Source: Bacteriovorax sp. | Lineage (GTDB): Bacteria > Bdellovibrionota > Bacteriovoracia > Bacteriovoracales > Bacteriovoracaceae | Direction of reading: 5' to 3' | Length of the DNA stretch: 64,000 nt | Assembly: GCA_014378525.1 (NCBI GenBank) | Contig: JACMNL010000040.1 | Span: 548-64,547, forward strand | In this document: one piece after another, positions 56,254 to 64,000 of the stretch | How positions within the stretch are numbered: position 1 is the first letter of the stretch | How the letters are laid out: every line of letters starts with the position of its first letter | Program-made: the position numbers and the translations under genes | The notes under the pieces: generated by a model | The model's input: the letters and a program-made list of their open reading frames with translations, nothing else | The model's database searches: none | Told to the model about the DNA's origin: nothing

Positions 56254-56832
56254 ATGAAAGTTGCAAAACTATTAACAGCTGTACTACTTATGTCACAAGT
56301 AATGGCACAGACTGCGATGAGTTCTGAAAAGATTGAAAGAAAACTTTTTACTCTTGAAAAAAGTTTGAATTCAGAAAACATTCTCTTGATTCATACTCAA
56401 ACAGATGAAAACTGTAAGTTTGTTGAAAACCAGAATGGATATGTAGATTTTTACTGGTTGATGGACGGAAATACAAAAAAAGAAGTTCACCCAATGATCA
56501 GATCTAAAGTGGCAGACCGAGTGAAGTTTTCCGGTATAAATGATGATAAAAATTCTTTCCAGGTAAAGCTTAATGATCTGAGTGAATTAAAGACTGATCT
56601 TGAAGATAACAAGATTACTGTTCAGAGTGCTATCGTAAACGGTGCATGCCAGATTCAGTCAGTCATTAAACTTGGTGCTACTGCAAAATATAAAAAATTA
56701 AATTTGAAGCGCACTTACTGTTCAGTAGAAAAAAACTTTTTAGGCGTTCCTAAAGGATGCAAGTATCTTGACCTGGAAGGAACAGACGTTGACACAAATG
56801 AAGCTCTAAAAGTTCGTTTCATGGGAAAATAA
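56254..56832 (+). CDS. Exported protein, DUF4833-like
   Basis: LFTLEKSLNSENIL, VDFYWLM; AGGAG RBS. The family name is from recall. Confidence 0.6.
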   Translation: MKVAKLLTAVLLMSQVMAQTAMSSEKIERKLFTLEKSLNSENILLIHTQTDENCKFVENQNGYVDFYWLMDGNTKKEVHPMIRSKVADRVKFSGINDDKNSFQVKLNDLSELKTDLEDNKITVQSAIVNGACQIQSVIKLGATAKYKKLNLKRTYCSVEKNFLGVPKGCKYLDLEGTDVDTNEALKVRFMGK

Positions 56833-58263
56833 TTAAAACTGAATGCTTGCCGCGATATCATCTACCGGAGTGAATTGAGCATTATCCTTTTTTAATTTCT
56901 CATCAGTCTTTCTCAAATTATTCTTAAATTCTGTCACAAATTTTTGCAGAATATGATTTCGTTTTCCGAAATCATACTCTGTTTCGATCAATCTGGTTTT
57001 AGTCGTCTCTTGAAAAAACAACCTTCTCGCCATTTCATACTTTCCGAAGTCCCAGAATTTTGTAAGTTTGCTGCGGTCGAGTTTTATTTTGTGGCCGGCC
57101 TTCGGAGGAGCATGACGAATCCTCATCGGGATTTTTCTAATATCCATCTTTCCAAAGTTATAGTGATCAACAGTATGGCCGACACTCACATCAAAAAGAA
57201 AATAAGCAACGGTTGAAATGAGTAGTTCACGGTCGCGAATGAGTTCAGGCCCCTTTGGAAACCCCGGAACCCAGGCAGATGCATAATCGGCCCATTTTGA
57301 AAGATAAAAAACTTCTGTGCCGGTCAGGTCAACTAAAACTTCCGTTACAAATTTTTTGAACACCGGATAGTAGGCCTGATGAAACTCTCCATATTTTCCT
57401 ACGATAAACTCCGGTTCAAACTGGTATGCAAAAGGCGGGTAACTAAAGTTTGTTCCGATTCCTTCATACCCTTCAACCAGTAAATCGCGAAGACCAATGT
57501 ATGGCCCGGGGTAAGGAGCGTACGGCATCCACCATTTAGACATGAGCAGTGAAGTCTTGAAAGTCAGTACTGCTTTTTCAAGATATAAAGTAAATCTCAA
57601 ATGCGGATACAGTAGCTGGAAGAGAATATGGTTTTTTGGCAGGGCCGTTTTAGTAATGGCATTTACTGAATCCATTGGAAAATGCAGCAGTGGATGAATG
57701 ACCAGAGTTGAACAAAGTGCACCCCCTTGAAGGACAAAATATTTTGCCAGCTCCCAGTTATCTTCATCATGTGGATAAAAAATGGATTTCGTTTCATCAA
57801 TATAAATTTCAATGACTGAAAAAATATCACCTTTTTTCAGCAAAAGAACTTTTGAAGCAGAAGCATAAATTCCTTTAAAAGTTTTAACGACTCTCACCGG
57901 TTCAAAGTCACATATCCAGATATTTTCTTTATCAAGTTTACTCCCGAAAATTTCACGGTCTTTATTATCAAAAACATTTTTTACAAACTTCGATAGCATT
58001 GAATTGGTAAGCATCGAAACGAATTCATCATTGGAAACTTCTGCCAGTCCAGGTTTTAAGATCCCTCTCAAATACGCTACTGGAGTATATAATAAAGTTG
58101 TGACGTAACGTGAACCGACTCTCAACCACCAGTCGAGTGCTTCTGAGACTGGAACATGAATAACGCCTGCTGATTCACCAAAAGGATGTTCAGGACAAGG
58201 CTGAGGCCATGGCCCTTGTCTTGAGTAAAGAAAGTCAGATGGAGACTGATGATCAACAGACAT
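56833..58263 (-). CDS. Divergent, short lipoxygenase-family protein
   Basis: WELAK..HPLLH..LPKNHILFQLLYPH aligns with the LOX WxxAK..HxxxxH..LxxxHPxxxLLxPH core. HTVDH matches HAAVN/H, and C-terminal SIQF matches SISI. Confidence 0.8.
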   Translation of the reverse strand: MSVDHQSPSDFLYSRQGPWPQPCPEHPFGESAGVIHVPVSEALDWWLRVGSRYVTTLLYTPVAYLRGILKPGLAEVSNDEFVSMLTNSMLSKFVKNVFDNKDREIFGSKLDKENIWICDFEPVRVVKTFKGIYASASKVLLLKKGDIFSVIEIYIDETKSIFYPHDEDNWELAKYFVLQGGALCSTLVIHPLLHFPMDSVNAITKTALPKNHILFQLLYPHLRFTLYLEKAVLTFKTSLLMSKWWMPYAPYPGPYIGLRDLLVEGYEGIGTNFSYPPFAYQFEPEFIVGKYGEFHQAYYPVFKKFVTEVLVDLTGTEVFYLSKWADYASAWVPGFPKGPELIRDRELLISTVAYFLFDVSVGHTVDHYNFGKMDIRKIPMRIRHAPPKAGHKIKLDRSKLTKFWDFGKYEMARRLFFQETTKTRLIETEYDFGKRNHILQKFVTEFKNNLRKTDEKLKKDNAQFTPVDDIAASIQF

Positions 58264-58478
58264 ATTAGACCGCCGGAAAAAATAACAATTAATATTTTCC
58301 TATTTTATTAGAATTTTATTTTTTGTGAGAATTTTTTCATTTATTACCCGAGCGATGCATTTTACTTGATCCGCAATATACAAATCATGGGAAATACCTT
58401 CAACTTCTTTTTGCTAGCTCTAGAGGAAAGATTATCCCCGGCTTGAAAATAAGCTGATCTCCTCTATGATCGTTACTT

Positions 58479-59234
58479 ATGCAAAATTCAATTTCTTCTT
58501 TTTTAATACTTAGTTGTATATTGTTTCTCACGTCTTGTTTTCAAAAGTCTGAGTCAATTACTCCTATCGCTCCCATACAGACACTAGCACAATTACAGCG
58601 CGAGGCCATGATGGCAACGGCGCTTTCTGCAGGTAACTCAGAGCTCTCGGAAGCTGCAAAAGCAACAATTGAACAAAGCACAGACCCGGAAGTATTTTAT
58701 TTAAACCTTAAATACAATATTAAAGATATGGATCTTTATGAGACGGCCGATATACCAAATAGTTTTGAAAAACTAAGCAACGTTTTTTTAAAAACACTTG
58801 CAAAGTTATTTTTAAAAATTAAAGGGTCGCAGACTATAAATATTGATCCGATTGAACTTGAACTTCCAGACATGAACCTGGATTTTGATGTGGTAAAATC
58901 CGTCAGAGTAAAAAGAGTTTATCTCGAATACAACAAAGACTTTGATGCTTCTGTAAATAATAAAGCTAGTTTTACTTTTCTTGGAAATATCACAATGAAT
59001 CGAGTGGGGAAAAATAAGTCCCTGCTGGTGAGTTATAAAAAAATTAACAATAACTGCAATTATAAATGTATTGATTTTAGTATTGATGATGGAAATGTTT
59101 TTGATTTACTAAAAAATAACAGCGAATCCATTATCCTGAAACCTGCACTTTCAATTGTCAGCATTCCCAAGGTCACAGAGTTGAGACTGGACGGGCAGAT
59201 TGAACTGCAGATCGGACTTAAACTTCCCTTCTAA
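58479..59234 (+). CDS. Hypothetical lipoprotein
   Basis: Lipobox LTSC; beta-rich C-terminus ending in Phe. Confidence 0.7.
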   Translation: MQNSISSFLILSCILFLTSCFQKSESITPIAPIQTLAQLQREAMMATALSAGNSELSEAAKATIEQSTDPEVFYLNLKYNIKDMDLYETADIPNSFEKLSNVFLKTLAKLFLKIKGSQTINIDPIELELPDMNLDFDVVKSVRVKRVYLEYNKDFDASVNNKASFTFLGNITMNRVGKNKSLLVSYKKINNNCNYKCIDFSIDDGNVFDLLKNNSESIILKPALSIVSIPKVTELRLDGQIELQIGLKLPF

Positions 59235-59241
59235 AACTGCC

Positions 59242-59688
59242 CTATTCTTTCTCTCTCATAGATAATACAGGCCTCAAGTCGAAAACATAACAGACCATAC
59301 TCATCAGTAAAAAAAGTAGTAGTGCAATCACTGCTAATCCAAATTCTTTAATCGCTACGAACAAAATAATCAGGAATAAATACGGCAATAAAAAATTCAC
59401 AATCAGTGATTTATAGAATGTGACCTTAATTTTTTTGATTTCGGCCAGTGTACATTTTTCATCGATAGACTGAAAACTTTTGAATGCAAAAAATCCGTGA
59501 ATTAAATTTCCAACGATGAGACAGCCTAAAACTATCGCCATCCAGGGATAACCTAAAATCTTCACGTAAAGATCATTCAATAACAATTTATAAAAAATCA
59601 TAAGTGCAGCAGTGGCACTACAAAGAGCAGCGAAAAGATAGCCTCTTCTCTCTCTGACAATGAGCTTGCTCAACTTGATATTTTTCAT
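59242..59688 (-). CDS. Hypothetical 4-TM membrane protein
   Basis: Four hydrophobic segments. Confidence 0.6.
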   Translation of the reverse strand: MKNIKLSKLIVRERRGYLFAALCSATAALMIFYKLLLNDLYVKILGYPWMAIVLGCLIVGNLIHGFFAFKSFQSIDEKCTLAEIKKIKVTFYKSLIVNFLLPYLFLIILFVAIKEFGLAVIALLLFLLMSMVCYVFDLRPVLSMREKE

Positions 59689-59978
59689 CTTTTAACTTCA
59701 TTGGTAAATTCGAATGCTAAATAATACTTTCGAATTCATAAGACCGAATCAAACGGTATCTAAATAATCCTCCTTTCGACAATTTCTCTAACTACCTTGA
59801 ATTTTATTTTCCAAACATTTTAGTCTTACAAAGTTTTCCCCCCTCAAGAAAAATTCCCTTAGTTCGATAGGCTTTTAACTACTGAAATTATTTTCACGGC
59901 ACTTATTTTTTTAAAAAACGTTTAATCGTTTTCAATTTTCGACTCTCTTTTTTATTAATTTCTAACAAGGACTAGCAA

Positions 59979-62900
59979 TTGAAAAACAAAATTTTAATGG
60001 GACTATGCCTGTTCTCCACCGTCTCTGCTTTTGCGCAGGACAACCTGATAAACAACCCTGGATTTGAATCCTCGCTTAACGGCTGGACAAAATCAGGATC
60101 ATTCTCGGCAGTAAAAAATGCCCAGAGTGGACTCTATTCAGCTCGCGGAGGTACAGGCCAGGGGACTATCACTCAGAATGTAATGAGCAAGCTTACGATT
60201 GGAGGGAAATACTCTCTTAGTATGTATGCAAAGCTCGACTCAATGGGTGTCTCATCAATGATGTCGATCAGGTTTAAAAATGCACTTGGTGGAATACTAC
60301 AGGAAAACAGACTGGTAGTAGGCACGACTTACTGGAAACAGTATTCAACAACCTTCACTGTACCAACAGGGTCAACTATTGCAGAAATTTATGCAATTAA
60401 AGAAACTGGTACCGCTTCATTTATGTATCTTGATGCATTATCGTTAATCAGCCTGGACCCGCAAACTACACCTACTAACGTTGCTCCTGCTGTTGTAGGC
60501 TCGCAAGTTGTTGGTGGTGTTGAAGACACGGCCCTGACATTCAATGTAGGCGCAGGAACCGATTCTAACGGCGACGCACTTACGTACACAAAATTAACAA
60601 ATCCTTCTTCAGGTACATTAACTTGTGATGGTGGTGCTTCACGTACTTGTGTTTATACACCAGTAGCGAACTTTAATGGTACAGTATCTTTCACATATAA
60701 AGCGAACGATGGAGCACTTGATTCAAACATCGGAACAGTAGCTATTAACGTAGCAGCTGTTAACGATGCTCCGGTACTTCCGACAACTGCTCAGTCATTT
60801 TCGACAGGGGTAAATACAGCTGTTAATTTCACTTTAAATTCTGCGACAGATATCGATAGTTCTACACTTGGTTATTTTGTTTCAACAAAACCTGCAACAG
60901 GAACTCTTTCATGTACAGGAACTGCGTGTACTTATACACCAGCGACTGGATACTCTGGAACAACAAGCTTCACATATGTCGCTAACGACGGGGCCCTTGA
61001 TTCAAATGCAGCGACTGTTTCAATTTCTGTTCTTTCGGTTTCTAACAATGCTCCTGTGATCGGTTCTGCAGTTCAAAGTTATTTAGTTCCATACAACACA
61101 GCAGTGAGTTTAAATCTTCTTGCTGCGACAGATGCTAATAATGATCCACTTACTTATAGTGTAGTGACTCAACCATCATCAGGAACAATTTCATGTAACG
61201 TTATGGCCTGTACATATACTCCTGCTACAGGTTTTTCAGGATCGACAAGCTTTACATATAACGCTAACGACGGAAAAGCAGATTCAAACGTAGCCACCGT
61301 ATCACTTGCAGTTTCAGCAGGAGTTCCGACAACAACTGTTGCTTACTCACCTCGCGGTGTTGGTGGTGGTGGTGCGATGTCAGGAGTTTCACTTTCTCCA
61401 TACGCCAATCTTTGGTTCGTAGGAACAGACATGGGAACTTTATTCAAGTCAACTGACTTGGGATTAAGCTGGAATGCTGTTAACCACAACCAGGCAACAT
61501 ACGATTCTGATTTAACAAAAGCAGTGAGCGTTGGTTTCTCTGCTGATGGTGTAACAGTTTTCCACGCAGCTGCTGGTATCAATCCGAAGAGATCTGTAGA
61601 CTCAGGTAATACATTTACTGCGATCTCAATGGGTCTTGCTTCAGGTGAATTAATTAAGTACTGGCTTGGTGATACTTCGAATGCGAACATCATGTATGCA
61701 GGTACTACAAAAGGATTATTAAGATCAGTAAACAAAGGGTCATCGTGGACAAGAGTAAACTCTGAAGAAGCGATCGGAACTTTCATCGATCAAAATACAG
61801 CAGGAAAAGTTTATCACGCTACAAAAACAAAAGTTCTTGTATCAAGTGACTCTGGTGCGACATACTCAACATACTACGCTCCTGCTTCTGGTGTAAGACT
61901 TTTCACAGGTGGATCTGATGCTTCAGGCGTAACACTTGCGATCTCTGACTATGATGGTGTGAACGCCTGTTCATGGGCCGTTCAATATACAAATGACTGG
62001 GGACAAACTTCAATCGACCAGACAACTACAGCTTGTGGTTACGTTTGGACAAATAAAAACGGTGCGGGATTTACAAAAACTTCTCAAGCTGTTGGTGACC
62101 ATTTAAAAATGGCAGAAAACGATTCGACAACAATCTACACGACAGGATCAACTGCATGGATCCGTCAGTACGGTACAAAAGTTTACGTGTCTCACGACAA
62201 AGGTCAGACTTGGGGATTAAAATTAAATCAGATCAACTACGATGTTGTTCCATATGCTCCATGGCCTTCAACTAAACTTGAATGGTCTGCCGTTGCTCTT
62301 GATATTGGATGGTGGGACTCTGGATATGAATCTTTCGAAGTAAACCAGAGAAATTCTACAATGGCAGCTGGAACAGGATACTTCTTCATGCACTCAACAC
62401 TGAATGCCGGAGAAAACTGGAAAGCACCGTTCACAGAATACGCTGACTCAGGCACACCTGCTGCCGGTAAAAACTGGAAGACAAGAGGACTGGAAGTTAT
62501 CTCTGTTTACAAAATGAAATTTCACCCGACGAATACTAACATTATGTACGGAGCTTCTGCTGATATCGGTGGAGTTGTTTCGGAAGATCATGGTGTGAGT
62601 TTTAGAATTCCAAAATCAGGATACAACAGCTGGTATGACTTTGCTTTCAACCCTGCTGATGACATGGTTGCTTACGGTGCAAGTGGATCTCTTCACGATT
62701 TCCCGAACGACTGGCATGCGAACGCTGCGACAGCGAACGGTGGTATTTACAAAACTATTAATAGAGGTAGAAGCTGGACTCGTTTAACTCCAGTAGATAC
62801 TAACTACAACCGTCAGTTCTTATCTGTTGCTTACGATTCAAGAAACGCTGTTATCTATGCTGGTACACAAGAAGTTGGTATCGCAGTATCTAGAAATGAT

Positions 62901-63551
62901 GGAGCGACATGGACATACAACAATGCCGGTCTTCCTGCAGGAAACAAAATTATTCCTCAGATCGAAGTTGATCCGAACACTGGAAACGTTTACGCTCTTC
63001 TAACAGGTGACGCTCCAACTTTCTCTAACCAGGCCTCAACAGGGATTTATTTCTTAGACGTGGCCCACGGAGCGACAACATGGAAACTTTTAAGAGGAAC
63101 AGTTAATTATCCAACAGACGCTGATGCTGGATACAAACTTTGGTTCTTCCCTACAGCATTCGCAGTGGACTTCAATAACCCGGGAACTCTTTGGTTAGTT
63201 GACTATGAAAACCATGGCCAGTGGCTTACTACTGGTGCATGGAAATCAACTGATAACGGAACAACTTGGAACAGAGTAAAACAAATTACTCACCCGACTG
63301 ATATCAAGATCGATCCGTCGAACAATAATCAGGTTCACGTTGCTTCTTATCACCAGCTTGATGGACAATGGGGTAACGGTGGTCAGCTTTATACTACTGA
63401 TGGTGGTGTATCGTGGACAAAAAACACAGTTCCTCCGCTTCAACAAAATGCTCGTGGTGTAACGATTGACCCGACTGATTCTAGCAAGATTTTCTACTCT
63501 TATTTTGGTGGTGGTATGCTTTACGGGCGTAACCCTGCAAGTGCGAAGTAG
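59979..63551 (+). CDS. Large exported protein: CBM4/9-like domain, 3 Ig/cadherin-like repeats, GH74-like BNR double beta-propeller
   Basis: TTG start after AAGGA. NLINNPGFE..W CBM start; three NxAP..YTP..F.G..SFTY.ANDG repeats; Asp-boxes (STDLGLSW, SHDKGQTW, SRNDGATW, STDNGTTW, TTDGGVSW); GTDMG and ADIGG motifs. Confidence 0.85.
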   Translation: MKNKILMGLCLFSTVSAFAQDNLINNPGFESSLNGWTKSGSFSAVKNAQSGLYSARGGTGQGTITQNVMSKLTIGGKYSLSMYAKLDSMGVSSMMSIRFKNALGGILQENRLVVGTTYWKQYSTTFTVPTGSTIAEIYAIKETGTASFMYLDALSLISLDPQTTPTNVAPAVVGSQVVGGVEDTALTFNVGAGTDSNGDALTYTKLTNPSSGTLTCDGGASRTCVYTPVANFNGTVSFTYKANDGALDSNIGTVAINVAAVNDAPVLPTTAQSFSTGVNTAVNFTLNSATDIDSSTLGYFVSTKPATGTLSCTGTACTYTPATGYSGTTSFTYVANDGALDSNAATVSISVLSVSNNAPVIGSAVQSYLVPYNTAVSLNLLAATDANNDPLTYSVVTQPSSGTISCNVMACTYTPATGFSGSTSFTYNANDGKADSNVATVSLAVSAGVPTTTVAYSPRGVGGGGAMSGVSLSPYANLWFVGTDMGTLFKSTDLGLSWNAVNHNQATYDSDLTKAVSVGFSADGVTVFHAAAGINPKRSVDSGNTFTAISMGLASGELIKYWLGDTSNANIMYAGTTKGLLRSVNKGSSWTRVNSEEAIGTFIDQNTAGKVYHATKTKVLVSSDSGATYSTYYAPASGVRLFTGGSDASGVTLAISDYDGVNACSWAVQYTNDWGQTSIDQTTTACGYVWTNKNGAGFTKTSQAVGDHLKMAENDSTTIYTTGSTAWIRQYGTKVYVSHDKGQTWGLKLNQINYDVVPYAPWPSTKLEWSAVALDIGWWDSGYESFEVNQRNSTMAAGTGYFFMHSTLNAGENWKAPFTEYADSGTPAAGKNWKTRGLEVISVYKMKFHPTNTNIMYGASADIGGVVSEDHGVSFRIPKSGYNSWYDFAFNPADDMVAYGASGSLHDFPNDWHANAATANGGIYKTINRGRSWTRLTPVDTNYNRQFLSVAYDSRNAVIYAGTQEVGIAVSRNDGATWTYNNAGLPAGNKIIPQIEVDPNTGNVYALLTGDAPTFSNQASTGIYFLDVAHGATTWKLLRGTVNYPTDADAGYKLWFFPTAFAVDFNNPGTLWLVDYENHGQWLTTGAWKSTDNGTTWNRVKQITHPTDIKIDPSNNNQVHVASYHQLDGQWGNGGQLYTTDGGVSWTKNTVPPLQQNARGVTIDPTDSSKIFYSYFGGGMLYGRNPASAK

Positions 63552-63573
63552 ATTTAATATTAGTTTTCAAATG

Positions 63574-63600
63574 GGCCCTCTTCGGAGGGCCTTTTTTTTT
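63574..63600 (+). terminator. Rho-independent terminator
   Basis: GGCCCTC-TTCG-GAGGGCC followed by poly-T. Confidence 0.9.
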
Positions 63601-63689
63601 GAACCGAAGCCTAAATGCACTTGAGAACTGTCTGCGATTTAAGTAAGATGACTCCCGTATAACACGACGAAGATAACACAGGGGGCAAT

Positions 63690-64000
63690 ATGACAAGAAT
63701 CACTCTTCAGGGAAACTACATCAACACTCGCGGAACACTTCCGGATGATGGCGATCTAATACATGACTTCACAATGGTAGAAACAGATTTAACAGAAGTT
63801 AAACTTTCTTCATTCAAAGAAAAATACAAACTGCTTAACATTTTTCCAAGCATTGATACTCCGACATGTGCAATGAGTGTCCGCACTTTCAATAAAGATG
63901 CTGCTGATCTTGGCAACGTGGCCGTGATTAATTTATCACTCGATCTTCCATTCGCTCAAAAAAGATTTTGTGGAGCTGAAGGAATCAATAATGTTACAAC
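63690..64000 (+). CDS. tpx: Thiol peroxidase Tpx (partial; runs off the window's right edge)
   Basis: Absent from the ORF track. Manual translation gives MTRITLQGN...LNIFPSIDTPTCAMSVRTFN...SLDLPFAQKRFCGAEG. Confidence 0.93.
   Translation, partial: MTRITLQGNYINTRGTLPDDGDLIHDFTMVETDLTEVKLSSFKEKYKLLNIFPSIDTPTCAMSVRTFNKDAADLGNVAVINLSLDLPFAQKRFCGAEGINNVT

Noticed and set aside
60477-61320. Repeated DNA segments as a possible CRISPR array or mobile repeat
   Set aside because: They are degenerate in-frame Ig-like protein repeats of about 280 nt, not identical short repeats with spacers.
1-64000. Prophage, IS element, integron, tRNA/rRNA or anti-phage defence island
   Set aside because: No integrase, transposase, structural phage genes, RNA-gene patterns or recognisable defence domains were seen.

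Overview
AT-rich bacterial chromosomal window with about 70 protein-coding genes. Gene content (many small secreted or lipoprotein ORFs, SWIB protein, HD-GYP protein, trypsin-like protease) suggests a Bacteriovorax-like member of Bdellovibrionota; this is inference only. I found no rRNA, tRNA, CRISPR array, transposase or integrase. Contents from left to right: (1) a copper/heavy-metal cluster (CusA/CzcA RND pump, CsoR, Met-rich exported protein, CopA, Csp-type Cu storage protein) next to ppk1/ppx; (2) an orphan Phd/YefM protein with a Lys-rich tail, a SWIB protein and signalling genes; (3) a CLC-F-type channel, cardiolipin synthase, fused membrane/spermidine-synthase-like protein, CNG K+ channel and BCP; (4) an Rrf2-ABC exporter-cysteine-less glutaredoxin operon with twin operators; (5) mgtE and secreted hydrolase candidates; (6) iscS-thiI-gmhB, dbpA and an SDR; (7) a divergent lipoxygenase; (8) a large CBM-Ig-GH74-like exported protein and tpx. 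Best leads: a short lipoxygenase with Mn-LOX-like HxxxH spacing; two genes that appear to start at non-canonical ATA codons coupled to the upstream stop; the Rrf2/ABC/Cys-less Grx module; and nine sigma54-type promoter matches in front of stress-like accessory genes. All family calls come from motif recognition by eye; no database searches were run.
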